Source: Tubiluchus corallicola
Lineage: Eukaryota > Animalia > Priapulida
Reading direction: 5' to 3'
NCBI GenBank assembly: GCA_030141605.1
Contig: JAQGDQ010000040.1
Span: 310,001 to 374,000 of the forward strand
Length of the DNA: 64,000 nucleotides
Part shown: positions 25,991 through 40,660 of the stretch, in pieces
How positions within the stretch are numbered: the stretch's first letter is position 1
How the letters are laid out: every line of letters starts with the position of its first letter
Made by a program: the position numbers and the translations under genes
Notes under the pieces: model-generated
The model's database searches: none
Told to the model about the DNA's origin: nothing
What the model saw: the letters and a program-made list of their open reading frames with translations, nothing else

Positions 25991-28070
25991 TGTACTTAAA
26001 TCGCCACTCACACATCAATAATTTTATATCTGTAATATGGTACTATGTGTACTAAGTTATAAATAAATAAATACTTATTAGACGAAAATGTTTGCGAAAT
26101 TAAACAGCTAGAAAGGCTTATTAATGTAACGAATGGGAGGCAGTTATAAGCGGCACTCTAAAGTATTCCTGCAATTATTCAAAAGTTTATTGATCTTCAG
26201 GTTAACTTCAACCTTATTCACTGAGTTGCACATGCACATAATGAATTGTTTATATATAAATGAAGCGCTGAAACCCTACTATGTTAATTTAGCAAACGCC
26301 TTTAAACTGCTTCTTTAGACAAATGTTGTCAAGTCTCTTCGTTGCACGTCTACATTTTCATTATTAATTACTTTGCTATCGTCTTACTGCAAAATAAATG
26401 GGAAATTTCTGCCCGAATTGCTCATATACTTTGTTAGTTACACGCGTCTAATAGCTGTGCTTCACCAAAGTGAAAAAAGCTTTTCTGAAATGTTTTACAT
26501 TAAACAGTAATGTATGGCTGTTAAATATTTGCTATAAGCTACAAATCGCCTTGATTTTTTGCATTTTGTTATATTGCTCGCAAACCAATGCCTAGGTAAC
26601 ATTACATCAGTACAATTGTAAGGCTAAATATGCTAAATATTTCTGTAAGTATATGAGTTAGACAGTTTTCGGCCAAAAAGATATGTTGGGTAAAAATCCG
26701 AATAACTTCAGTATCTGAAATTTATAGCAATTTAAAACTTGAAACCTGAATGCAACAGTGAATGCTGTTTGGTTCAATCCACAGGTCACGTGATTAAATT
26801 GGTCAAATTTTGGTCAATAATGGAAGTCTTGCATTATATTACAACATCATATCTTGCATTTTAGCCGGTGAGAAGTATAGGATTTATTATCTATTATAGG
26901 ATTAAAGCACGTTACTGCATTGTTTGTCAAATTTGTTGCTGACTGTGAAAAGATTAATGACATTCGAGTTCAGTAATAATGACAGTGAGGCCAGCGCCTT
27001 ACCGGAAGCCAGATATGGAGCTAAATGGGGAAGCCAATCTAGGTGCAGGCGTGATTAGTGAACATTCTCGGGCAACTCACTCAGCTGGTACGAACATCCA
27101 AGTCTATTTACACGCTCTACGAAATACATTAACCCAGGAGTTGCAGATTCGTTAACTCGACAAATGTAGAGTGCAAATAGTTCCAGTTAGCAGCACATAA
27201 CAGCAATTGTACACATTCTTCACAGCTATTATAAAAACATGTAACAATTCACAAGTGTTTATTTACTTTATTGACTCCTTAACACGCATTAACATTGTGA
27301 AGTATCACAGACAGTTATAATAATTACGGAATCCATTTGTTTGAATGGCTTAAAATAGAAAAAATGAAAAAAATCAGCCGGTACAGAATTCGAACCCAGT
27401 ACCGCAACGTGCTAGTATGCATGGCGTGCTGTTTAGTGTAGAAGCATCACCTCGCTTATCATAAAAATTTTTTATCGCGTCGCGAAGATTTCGTCGCGAA
27501 GATTTCGCTTTCAGTTGTGTCTTTTCTTTGAGCCTTACGTTAAAAATTTCTGAATTCACTTATTAATATTCTTAAATTAAACACATCTGTATAATCAATA
27601 GAGAAACTTAGTACAGTACTGTAATCTTAGAAAGTACTTGAGCAGAAGCGAAATGCCAAATGCCAGATTCTTAAGGTGTTATAATTTTTGGCAAATTTAG
27701 TATTATAGTTTTTTTACTAAGTTACTGAAAAATGTTCAGTAATATTATAGAGCATAACATTCTTCAGTAAGAAAAAATTGTAAACTATGATAAGTAAGAT
27801 ATGAAATTCCTTTAATAAATTTTCGGTGTGCTTCTTCATTGCATTTATCCTCCCCTATAAAACCGTGCGTATCAACCTTTTCAGTTAGCTAACGATAGAA
27901 GCAGATTGTTTCGTCTTTAATTTGAAGTTAATTGCGCAAATTGTTGAAATCGAATACATATATTTTACTGCCATCGATTTTCTGCTTCATAACCTGCGCG
28001 TAGAAGCGTTAATTTTGAGTGTTAATTTACAGTGACGGTTGTACGCTATGCTATATAGAACGTCATCATC

Positions 28071-28072
<2 letters not shown>

Positions 28073-28131
<59 letters not shown>

Positions 28132-28232
28132 CAGAGAGAAAAACAGGGGGGAGAGAGAGACAGGTGGGAGAGAAAGAGAGAGAGAGAAAAGGGAGAGACT
28201 AATGGAGAGAAAGGGAGAAATAGAAAGAGAAG

Positions 28233-28306
<74 letters not shown>
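28073..28306. repeat. (GA)n / purine-rich microsatellite
   Basis: Direct inspection. Confidence 0.97.
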
Positions 28307-28308
<2 letters not shown>

Positions 28309-31294
28309 ATTAATACAATAACAAATTTCTCGAGTGTTTACTGCATAACTTGCCGAAAGACAGACAATATTCCCATTCAAATCTTCATTGCAAAATCTTG
28401 TCGTTTGTATCCGCTTATAACACGAAGAGTTTGAATGAAACCTTTGCAGTATTAGACATGTAAAGAAACTGCTGGCACAGCGCGGTGCAAGTGAGAGTCT
28501 ATTATATATTGTTGAAGGACAAGAAATAAAGTTTTAATATGTTTCAGAAAAGCCTACTTGAAAAACTACATTGCTTCATTTGCTTGGTGACTATCTTCTG
28601 CGCTTCTCTTATTTGCGTAGAGAAAAATTCCTGTTTTATTCTCATTTTAAATTCACCCGGCGAACTGCCCCAGGCCCACCACTGTATAACGTCCCTGACG
28701 CACATCGCAAACATTGATTAAAATTTTTCAGTACTGTCCAATATTTGGAAAAATTCTAGACTGCTGATTAGCTGAATTGCAAGATTTTGTAATACGCCTA
28801 TTATAAGAGCGATATGACTTGTACTACGCAGTTCTTCTAAACACTGATATATTGATTTGTTACTTGTATAACACTAGGATGCGCTGCCTATAATTGGGCA
28901 TGAGCGACTAGGCAACATTTGTGCTTTAGTCGGGATCCTTCAATTTTCTGAAACTGTTTTCTAACTTCTTCTATTTTTGTCTATTGGGATAGCTTTATAT
29001 ACAGTTGTGTTCGATACGATTTTTGTGCATTGAAGAGAGTTGAAGCTTTTTTATGAATTTACAAAACAAGGTTCAACTGTCAAAATGTGAATCCAATATT
29101 GACCAAAGACTCGCAGGCTCCTCTTCAGTATATTAATTTTTTTATGCTCAAAACACAACCAAAGGGATGAAAACCAGTCATATTAGAGGTGAAAAGAAAT
29201 GAGATATGAACTTGTACATGTTGCACATAGCAGCAATTTTAAAACTCTTAAGGGAGTAGGGGTGCCATTGGTTGTACGATGAATGCTCTAAATCAATAAG
29301 TGTCCCTAAACTGATAAAAACCGTTAAAGGTATTATGTGGACAATATTTTGAGGTTAAAAATTCTCCACCAGACTGTTTCCACACGTTGAAAAAAATCAG
29401 TGTTTATTTTCAATATTGATTCTCATCATCATTCTGGGCAACAAAATCCAAACGTTTAACTTTATAGAGCCAGAATTTTACAATTTACAAATCATGGACA
29501 ATTTTAATTTATCATATAGACTATTACTTTTAAACAGTGGTTATCATTGACTTTACAACAGCCTCTGCATTGCTAGGCGAACCGTTTAATATCAGTTAAT
29601 TCACTTTTCTTATATCCACTGACAAATCCATGTAACCACTCACTTTAATACGTTACAATCGTCCTGAAAATCATGTTCTCATGCACTTACAAGCTAAGTG
29701 CAGCACAACTGCAGGCATCAATAATACATTATTCTAACTGCAAGCACTTAAACATGATTACATTTTAATCCTCTAATTCATCCTGTTGATTCAATAATGA
29801 CTGCCTGCGTTCGGTAGCACCTTCACATTTCTCAGGTAAAATTCAGTTGTTACAGTTTCGTGTTTTTAGACTTGAGCCGTTTTGAAGAAAGATAAACAAA
29901 TGTACGGTAACACTTTTTCTGCTTCGTCTAAGTCACGCAAGCGTAGCGTAACGTCTTAATGTGACGATATAAAACGATACTGTAATAAGTAAAACGACAA
30001 AGAGAGAGAGGTGGAAGGTGGGAGGGAAGGGAGAGAGGGGGAAGGAGAAAAAAATGCAGAGACAGAGAGGGGAAGGAGACAGAAATGGAGAGAAAATAGG
30101 GATCGGTTTTAAGGTTTCAAGTTGGTCATTAAAGGCACAAAAAACTTTCAAATTCCTCTTTGCCTTTATTTTCCATTCATTCCTTTCTCAAAACTGAATA
30201 ATTTGATTCGTTGCAGTAAAAATATTGCTAAATTCGAAAATCTGCGACATTTGTAGTCGAAATTCATTTGCGTAACCTTTCAGTCACCTTTGCAACGTAA
30301 CAACGTGAAAAACAAAATTGCGGATAATAGACATTAATTTTTGGAATTTATCGCCTACGATGGCATTACTGATGCTGATGATAACATCTTGATTAACAGG
30401 TATTAAAGAGCGGCAAGCTCTTGTTGCTGCCGCGCTCCACATATTCTGAATAAACGACAGTCCTTAATTGATAACAATTCATAATGAAAAACGTGGGCAT
30501 CGTTAATTTTTCTGGTGCTATTCAGTGGACAAGCTCGTTGACATGCTCTCAACGTAGGCGAGCTAAGTAAGCTTACTCGCGTTATTAATCTTCAGAAAGA
30601 GACATTAAGTGCACGACTGTCTTGAGTCAATTGCTCTGTAAATCCCACCTTTATAATAATAACAGGCTAGGTCTCTAAGCTCTCGAAAGGTCTGTGTACT
30701 TATTTGCGTTTCCAGTTAACCATGCACTCAATATTATAATCTTCTCTTTGAACCACCCAAGTATTTAAGCTTGGCCTGCCACTGACTGGTTTTTAATTAC
30801 AGCCATCGGTTAGAGGGTACGACTTTCGGTTTTAGGCATTAAAACTGTTTGACAGTGCTACCATCCATGAGGCTTTAAAACTGTTTGACAGTGCTACCAT
30901 CCATGAATATACCAAATGGCAAGGTAGTTCTAATGAAACCGTAAAATGAAAAATGGCTGTATTTGAAAAAAATTTGAGTTGCGGCTTACCCATCATCTGA
31001 CTGCTATATAATATAGCCCCCCCCCCGTTCCCAATTACTTCTGCATATCGCATTGTGAATGTACATTTTTGTAGTATATTTTAAGAACAAACGTAGAGAG
31101 ATCCTCCTGTGAAAGCGTGACGTTGTTAATATAATTATATTTCGTTTTCCCGCAGCTAACTAATAGTTTGTTCGCCTTCATGCAGTTATCAGTCTTTTAG
31201 CTCTCTGTTTTTACAGTAATTATAAGAACTATAGTAATTATAGTAATTTTATGGTAATTGTAGCTATTATAAAAAAGTGCATTGAACTAACGAA

Positions 31295-31374
31295 AGGTAG
31301 GCCATTAATTCAGATAAGAAAATGGAGTGGTCCCAGGGTGAATCATTGCGGCACCCCACAGTTTATATTTAGGG
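31295..31374 (-). mobile_element. Degraded CR1/L2-clade LINE reverse-transcriptase fragment
   Basis: Translates INCGVPQ*FTLGPLHFLI*INGLP, matching the LINE RT motif GVPQGSxLGPLLFLIYINDLP with stops. Confidence 0.75.
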
Positions 31375-31563
31375 CAAAAATTTAGTGTACAAAAGTCAAT
31401 ATCAACAACGCAAGTTGTCGTCGCTGTGTCATTGTCAATAAACCCTTGGAGTGGTCTGCAGTTTTGTAGCTATACGGATAAGTCAAAGCTAGGATTTTAC
31501 CGTTGAACTAAACTGCAACAGTTTCAGTTAATCAACAAAAGTTGTCAAAATTGATATTTACTG

Positions 31564-32115
31564 TAGTGGGTGCATAGGCCCTTTTTTGGTTTTAATTTAG
31601 TTTTCAATTACTGCCACGCTGCTGCCACCTGTTCGTTTATTTGGTAGGCATTTAGCTTTTTACAGTAGTCACTCTTTTAAAATTGAAGCACCTAATATCC
31701 TTCAATACATTAGCATTTTGGCCTTTCGTGAGCTATAGCTGTAGTAGTTGTATGATGTTTTACCTGCCTTTTGGTTCTCTCCGCCATTGCTCCATTTTTC
31801 TTAGGCATTATGACTGTGAATTTCTTACGAATTTATCGTTGTGACATTGTTGTTTTTAAGGCTACTTGGTGTTCTCATTCCTGTCTTTGTAACTGTTTTA
31901 ACAAGACCTTTAAAAAGGGTCTAACAACGTAAGTTATTATTAATTAATTTCAATATAATCTACATAATTTCTATATCAGTTCTTAGTTATAGCAATACAT
32001 TTAATCATGCAACTAATTTTCTTCTACTCAATGCAAATTAAATGTTAATAATTCTATTTCAGAATAAAGAAACTTTTGGTCAACACGTTAAACTGGTGTT
32101 TTGTATCCATTTCAT
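31564..32115 (-). repeat. Dispersed repeat, copy B (inverted relative to 15671-16217)
   Basis: See copy A. Confidence 0.9.
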
Positions 32116-33585
32116 TTACAATATGATGTTTTTCATTGATTTATCTTACCATCGGCTCAAAGAACATGATACGTTTTTCCAAAAGTTTTAACAGCTACTA
32201 GGGCTGGGTTTTGTGACTTATAAGAAGGAAACGCGGCGGCAATGGAGAAGCAGTTTCAAAAATAACTTTTAAGTTTTGAAACAAATTTCATAGTTACTTT
32301 AATTTTTTGTGTATAATTAGAATAAATAATGGCATACCAGAATTCTGATGTCGGTCTTTTTCGGTTCATCTAATACAATGCTAACGATAAAGGTACAAAA
32401 GTCGCCCAATATGAATGTGTAACATCTATAACAGCGTTCTACCACGTAACATTATAAATTATGTTATAATGTAAGGACAGTATTTTCAAAGTTGAAAGCT
32501 TAGCAGGGTGAGAGAAGCTATTCTACATTTCCGGCTCAATCTAGGAATGTACTCGACAAAGAAACACGGCATTCCATATTAAAAAGTTGGAGGCTTTTAT
32601 AATTTAACAATTACCAAATACATTCAATGATATTTCTAAGCAACATTACTTACACTGCGATGCGTGGTACGTGCTCTACAAGTAACAATAATCCATTTCT
32701 GGATGTGAAATGAGATGAAGTGGAATAAATACATCAAGTGGTTTTGCCTTATCACAAGTTTGAGTACGAGGACGAACGAATACTAGAAGCAAGCAAAGTA
32801 AATAAAAAAATTTTATCAAAGACAAGCAAACAACAAGAGCGTTATTCGAAAGTAAGCCAAAAGTAATGAGTCGAAAAATTATAGAATTCAACTGTAAACT
32901 TTCAGTTTCATTCTTGGTTTTCGGTCTTAAATTTCTTTCGCTAGATTATTTTTGTTGTATCATGCCTGTTATAATACAAGCTGAAGCTCCTCGATAATTT
33001 TCCAGTTAATATATTAGAAAGAAGCATATTACTGAGCGCACCATATCAGATGACGAAGCCCGGCTGCACAGTGAAGATAAAATAATGTAACTAAACTACA
33101 TAAGTAGTACTGCCCTACTTGTCTTATAGCAAATTATGCTGGACTAAATCCTGTGATGAAAGCGTGGACAATGACTTGTTATCATGATTTCTTGTCCTTG
33201 TTAAGAGAGCGCCAGGCAAAATTCCTTTCGATTCGGTCTGAAAGGAGAGGAAACGGCCAATACCCGAATCCAGACCAAGCTCATCCTGAAGTCTCCGATT
33301 GTTGCGTTACTAAGGTGTTAATAATTGCCTAAGGTCTTAAATAATGGTTGTCTTAAGGCAAGTTTGCAACCGTATACACTTTAGTTTCCATATACACGCA
33401 GTCCTTAAAAGATCGCACTGCCTTCTATAAAGTCATTACTAAACTCTTAGAGATTTTCGGGAGAAAATGTATCAATTTTGCTTTTTTATGTAATTTTTAG
33501 TCCCTATAGTTTACTGCTATGTTGAAATATTAGTAATCAGCGATGAATAAAAAAATATAGTCGGCCAAATAAAATATGTTTGTAT

Positions 33586-34379
33586 GTACATATCGGGTGG
33601 CGTAGAAAAAAAAGTGTCAAATTTTAGACTGCAACAATATTAGAAGCAAGTGCCCTACAAAATTGAAATTTCGCGGCGCGATATCACAATGCATTAACTT
33701 TTAGCACTGACAGTTACAAGTTTATAGCCTTAAACATTTTTAAGTTATAGCTGAAAAGCTTTTTCATTTTAAAAATTTAGGAGTTTAAATGTTAACAAAA
33801 TCTTCAATTGAAAAACTTCTAATAAAGAAACCAAATCAACCATGTTACATTATGGTATTTACCACAGAAACTAAACCACTGATAAAAATTTGTTATCAAT
33901 AAAAATGGGACTTAATCGTCTAGACTTTGGTACTGGAAATCCCTTAACGAGAAATCCTTTTATAGTGACCACGCACGCTGTACAGGGCCGTTTGAGACGC
34001 AGAGGAACTAAAGGCAAAAACTGTCGAGTGTGGGACCAAGTGCTTCTTAAAGAAGTGTGAAACTATATCAGTTGTTAGAAGAAATGCCTTCGTACAGATT
34101 GCATTGAAAATGATGGTCACAAAGCACAATGCCGTGACACAAAGACTTTTCATGCATTTATTTTTTGTAATATTAATTTAAAAGTTCTGTATCTTTGGAA
34201 GAATCTAAGAAAAAGATTTAAATTTTTTGCAGTTTGTACATGTATGCCTTTAACGTCAGTCTGTTAATTTTCGAGCGTTTCTGTTGTTTTCTTTTTGATC
34301 AAAATAATTTGATCAATAATATCGTATCATAATATCGTGATCAAAACTTCGGTACATTTTTGGTGCCAACAGATATGTA
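33586..34379. mobile_element. Tc1/mariner-like MITE
   Basis: Ends tacatatcgggtggc...aaaaaagtgtc / gtacatttttggtgccaacagatatgta are imperfect TIRs with TA at both ends. Confidence 0.5.
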
Positions 34380-35692
34380 TAAATATTGTGTCTTGCTAAT
34401 CAAAATCAATTTATCCTATAACGCTAAACAACTCTATTAGTTGCTTTTGCCTTATCGTTAATATTAAAATGCGCTCACGTGCTTGCACTTTTTCCATCGC
34501 TTTCTCTGAGATTTTAAGGTTTCTCTAATCCAAAACAGGAAAATCCATTTAACTGTGTCAGTTTGAAATTCCGAAATGCCAGTAATGTCATGGACATGTT
34601 GTCGCAACATTTGTGGTTAGTTGATTGAAACTGTTACCATACGCATCGTTTAGTACAATTTTGACAACGTGCACGTTTCAACTGTTTTTCATTTCTCAGG
34701 CGTGGTTAAATGAAAAGTTATCGTGTTTCACAGTTCACAAATTTAATCTAGCAATATAGCAATCAATAAAAAAAGAACGTAAAAGCGCAAAATAATAAAA
34801 CTTTCATTTCTCTTGTTTGGAAAGAAGAATACATAGCTTGAATTAGTATCGCTTAAAAAGTTCGATATTTCTATGAGAAATTTTGTTTAATTTTATGAAA
34901 TTAAATGTCACGGCAATACCAAAGTTCAGCATTGGCATTTATTAGTAAAAGGGTGATTAAGCGACCAAGTGAACTAGTATGCAGACAGACAGGTAGGTGA
35001 CAAGAAGGAAAATGGGAAAGCAAGCAGTAGGCAGGTGGTAAGTAATTAGAAGCGTAAGTAAATTAATTAAGCAAGAAAGCAAGCAGTAAGAAAGGAAGCA
35101 GCAAGCAAGTAAGCACAACAAAACGAAATAAATGAAACGCGCTAATTTGATTTTTTATTTGGTTCCCTAGATTACAAGATCTTTATCGTTGTACTAAACC
35201 TTAATTAAATGTGTTACAAGTGCAGTTTAAACCGCAGTTCATCAAATATCAAGTGATTCGCCGGCATAACTAGCTTTACAAGAAAATTTTGTTGAACGAT
35301 TTAATATTTAATATTGCGGTAACCGCCTAGGCTTCTGTAGCTTTTTTGGTAAAGTAAGTGCCACTAATAAACGTGTTACATCCATTGACAAGCGATAACA
35401 ACAATGAAAGCGATAATGGCGTTGACAACAACAGTAATAACGGTGTCCACAATAGCAGCAACAACAGCAACGATAAAAGCAATGTTCAAATGCCGTTTGA
35501 GGAAAAAACATTTTTGGCTAGTTTATAGTTATAGTAATTATAGTAATTATAGTGTTTATGAGTAAGATCAAACATCTGTGCCTGTCTAGTTCACCCTATA
35601 CTACTATACTACCATACCAGCCTTATGCCAGGGGCAACTCAACCATTCCTAACTGCCACTAAATTTTTGATTTCAATGGGGTCAAGGCATGT

Positions 35693-35822
<130 letters not shown>

Positions 35823-37284
35823 GCAGCAACAATAACTGCAGCAGAGACACCAGCGACAGTAGCAGCAATGCAACAGCGACAGCAACAACAATAATAATGA
35901 CAACGACAACAACAACAACGAAAACCGGCTTTTCAGTAAAATAAATGACGCAATATTGTAACAGAACAGAGATTGTACCCTCGCAACGCAAGCTATTAAT
36001 ATTCTTTCTGCGCTGCAACTGAACGAGCTCTTCTTGCAAAATAATGTCTTTTAAAAATATCTTCACCAACTGGGAGTCGTAAATGCAAAAGGTTCTGTTA
36101 TCATTCTGAAACCGGAGACATTTGCTAAAAATATCATCTCCATTAACTCAGACAATAGGAATAAAGCCCGATAGGTGTTACGTAATATTCTACCTGCAGT
36201 TGATCTGATATATCCATTAAATCTGCCTCTGTAAAGCATACGGGTAAAGCAGGCCTATGCAATGAGGTAAAATGTATTTTATAAAGCGGGCCATTAATTC
36301 CAGTTTTGACGTCGTTGTCCATTATTTGTGTTTTTATTTGTTTATTCTTTATTTATTTGTCAGCTAATTAGTTAATGAAACCAATCTATTTAGTGTTCAC
36401 TCGGTTCGTTATTAAGCCAGTCAGTTAATCGTTCGGTAGCTAAGTCCGGTCGCTGGCTAGTCAGTTAAGCAGTTATTCAACCAGTTGACTAACGTGCTAA
36501 TTATATAGTTTATTAGATATAGATTAGTTTATCTGTCTGTTTGTTTGTTGGGTTGCTTGCTTGTGTATTTGTTTCCTATTAAGGCATATCTACATGCTAT
36601 ATCACATTTCAGTGCACGTGAGTTCATCAATTAGTCCATGCAATCTTCCACATATTCTTAATTGAGCATTCCAAAATGGTTTGATCAATAACTCAACAAA
36701 AAGTGTTTTAAAATTTATTATATTGTGGGTTGTTTATCAAATTATTGAAAAAAAGTTTTTTTTTCAGTAATAGCGGTTTGAATTAAGAATTGCAAAGTTT
36801 ACGTGCTCATTTTTGTGATTTTGTTTCTAGTTCACATCTATTTTTGTAATTATTGTACTATGCAAATTTATGTAATTATGAGTTTTATAGATTGATGCAT
36901 AGGCATTGTCACGGTCCAGTTAACACTCCCCCATTCCACATTGCATCCATCATGTATGAGCTGCGTCACTGGTAAGTGATAATGTCGCACGTTTTACGAA
37001 AAAAAAGCATCGCTAACATCATTGACCAAACCTGATAGCCATCACTGACACAATTCACTTCACCGTTTTTACAAAGTTAACTCCTTAAATAAGTATTTAT
37101 TATTACATTTATTACTTTTAAGTACTCTACGTAATTCACTGTTCGTGTTCTTAAAGATTGAACAGCATGGTAAGGCTGCACTTGGCGAGATTTTAAACTT
37201 TGGTGAAAGCAGTGTTCAAATTGGTGAGCATTGAGCTGTCATTGCCATTCAATAAGGGGTGAACATCCATCTTGACAAGTTCTT

Positions 37285-37540
37285 GCGCAAACTCTCGTTG
37301 AGAGCAAACTCGCAAGTGTGAACATTTTGGCAAGTTCTTGCACAAGCTGTCGCTGAGAGTTTGGTAAGTTCTCTCGCAAGTGTGAACGGCTTGGCAAGTT
37401 CTTTCGCCAGTTATTGCAAACTCAGCGAGAGCTGCTAACAGTTCCTGCGCAATAGCTTGCGATAAAACTAGCCAAGCCGTTCGCACTTGCAAGTTTACTT
37501 TCAAAGAGTACTTGCGCAAGAACTTGCGAAAGAACCCTTT
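37285..37540. repeat. Internally repetitive, palindromic DNA-transposon-like relic
   Basis: Repeated cttgcgcaa/ctcgcaagtgtgaac motifs; 37373-37400 is the reverse complement of 37466-37493 (25/28). Confidence 0.6.
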
Positions 37541-37805
37541 GGTCTGAATCCGCCATTAAGCGTAAATAAAGAGGATCTGTGAGGTCACACATGATAAGAT
37601 CAGAATTTACATTGAGCGCCGGAAAAGAAGGACTTCCAGGTTCGAAAAGTTCTTCTTGCACAATTACTTACTCTTAACGCCATCTCTGTTAAATCTTTCA
37701 TGATTGTTGTATAAGCGTGTGTGAATAAATGAAATTCCAAGAGAAGGTAATCTCAGAATCTGCAAGCAGGCCATGCTGACAGAATTGTCCTAAGATGTTC
37801 TTGAA

Positions 37806-38545
37806 GAACGTAGGTAAAAGTGGCACGGGAAAAATGGAACAGGAAATGGCACAAATGTAAAAATATGTAAAAATGGCACAGGTAAAAATGGCACAGAAAA
37901 AGTGGCACGGTAAAAATGGCATAGGAAAAAATGGCACGGGAAAGTGGCCAAAATGGGGAAAATGATACAGTTAATAAAATATGAGTTTGTTTGCATTAAA
38001 CGAGTATTATATTAGAATCGGAAGCAAACAAATTTTTATATTTTTTCTTTACAAACAATAGAAATATCTCATCGTAAAGAACCAAATGTAGCAAAAGCTT
38101 CACGGTGATTAAAAAACAATAAATCCTAAATGTTGATACTTTGAAAACCACGCTAGATAAAGTCGTTACGACGAACACTGCAATTAACTAATTAGCAAAC
38201 AGTGCATTTTTCTAACAATCAGTAATATGCTAACGTAGAATTTTGCTATGAAACTGTTACTTACTGGTCCCTCTGCAATTATTCCCTTTGCTCAGGAATG
38301 TATGGAAGCTACATGCTTAATTCAATTGCTTGAACAGCGGTTTCCTTTTGAAGCTCTTCCTTGCACAGAAAGAGTACCAAAGGACTTCATCCGAAAGTAA
38401 GCCTATTAAACCGCGTCTGCTGTATTTATATTATATGTTGCATTATAATTATTTTAATTCTTTTTTTCTTGAAATTATCCGCAACAAAGCAAACCTGTGC
38501 CAAATTTACTTTTTTCCATTTGTGCTATTTTTACCGTGCACCGTT
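37806..38545. mobile_element. TIR element with subterminal (AAAATGGCAC)-type tandem repeats, copy 1
   Basis: Array of ggtaaaaatggcac units at 37811-37955 and inverted gtgcc/gtgctatttttacc units at 38497-38540; same family at 51730-51982. Confidence 0.65.
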
Positions 38546-40660
38546 CTTAACTAATAATTTGATTTGTCATGATATTTTTGCAATGCACATTTTTTTCCAA
38601 AAAAACTACATTTAGTTTCACAGACAATTTTCGCTGAAAACGGAAAGTTAGTTACTGATCTGACGAAGCCGACAATTATTCTGTCAATTTGGTTGTTATT
38701 TTGGCTGATGAAAAATTTCTCTCCGACTGTCCTGCTGCTGGTGGGCATTATTTTGTTGTTGCTGTTGTTTTATTGGTGAATACATCCTTGTTATCATTAG
38801 GGAGTTCCTTCGGGCATCGATTTTGAAAAAAAGTAAACTTTGTGTTTGCAGCTCTTGCAGCTTGTAACTCATCAATGCAGCTCGTTTTATAGAGCGTCAT
38901 AAAAAGTCCATAATCGTTTATGCAGATTCTGAAATTCTATTCTCTCGAAGGCTCGTTCATACAGGCTTGCACAACTATATTACTATCACAAAAGATAAAT
39001 AGTGGGTTTTTGTAAGTCCATATCAAAAGGTTTTCATCTGGCTACCTAATGAATGGTTGTGTGACCGAACCTAGTTGAGTGATTTCATAACTTAAGTTTA
39101 CCTTTATATGTGATCTATTCGTTATTCGTTATTTCTTTTGATAATCGTGTCAGCACGTGATAAAATTTATTAGGTAAAACACCATGTGAAATTTGTCGAT
39201 CTACTTTCCATTCGATTAAATTTAAGTCATACATAAAAATATTTTTTACCATGTAAATTATAAAATTATTACGTGATTTAGCGATCACTAAGTTAAGAAC
39301 GAGAAGCAGCAATTCAAAACGGAAATAACTCGTTTGACAACATCATTTTAACGAAAGCAATGGGCGCTGTCTTACTTCGCTCACAGTATGTAAACATATG
39401 TTTCTGCACTGTGCCATACATGTTGACCTATAAAACGGTTGGCTGTGGGACTTGTGTTATGACATAAATTTAAAAATTGTAATAAAAAGAAATGAAATGG
39501 TACTACTACTTGACAAATTGTAACATTGTACTTAGCATAAAATATTACAATAACAAGTAATACTTGAACATTTCAGTTTTTAAAATTACCCTACGAAGTC
39601 AGTTTTGAGGTTTTTCACAGTTGTGGCTCTAGACCGTTTTCAATTTTGTTTACCAATTCTTCCTAAATTACATCCTTTTTTGCCAAGGAGCTTTAGAAGT
39701 GAAGTGGATGTAGGATGCAATTAACTTTAAGAGGAAATTACCTACTTAGTTTTGGGTAGAAATTGGCAATTGCGCGAAAACCTGACAGGCAATGAAGTCT
39801 GACTGATTTCAGAGTCCAGTCCAAAATATACCTAAACACAATAATAGTTATATTGTAAGAGATATCCCATGATAACGGGTCACCTTCGGTAATTATAAAA
39901 GAAGCTAATTTAGCCAGATATGCAGAAGTATAAGTAAACAAAGTTGTATCTACACAAAAGCTTAATAAAGCTGAACTATTATAACTAAATAAAGAAATAA
40001 ATAATGGGTTCTATTAAAAGTTACACCACAGCAGTAAAACTTAATACAAGGTGTGAATACAATAAAAATTGAGTTAACAAATACAAGACACATAAGAGGC
40101 ATTGCTTACAAGATTAAAAAATTGGAGAAATGACCTCACAAAGTCAGTAAAACAGTTTAAAACCAATTGATGCAAAAAATCTTTTACTATAAATTAAAAA
40201 GAAGTTCCTCATTACTATTAATGGTTCTACTTACAACAGGCATTGCTAAGTAATAAAAATAATTGCATACGCATGAAGTTGTCGTCATGTTCCAAAGCTA
40301 ATTTTATTGTATGTCCTTTTACTGGGCGTATAGATTTTGTTCCTAATTTTCACAATGAATGGCAGCTTCCTAGAAGAAGTAGACTGATTTAGTGTGATTT
40401 TAGAACTCAAAAGTGTGCTTAAAGACACAGTGTGTTTTATCTCAACTAGGACTATAACAAACTTTGGCCTAAGTTTTTCCTATTCTCACCCATCCAACCA
40501 CAAGCAAAAAAGGCTGACTCTTAACTTAGAGCAAAATTAAGTGGCTTATCTTATCATTATAAGACGACATTTCGTTGCAGTTCACATTAGTGGTTATATC
40601 TAGGCTTTTCAGGACACATTTCAATAGTAATATCACAAACTTAACTGAGACTATACTTAC

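Noticed and set aside
27370-27450. tRNA gene candidates (ttcgaacc/ggttcaaatcc motifs, also ~55230 and ~62005)
   Set aside because: B-box-like motif only; no cloverleaf could be built
30839-30907. Short exact direct duplications (also 7543-7607)
   Set aside because: Two-copy slippage duplications with no further structure
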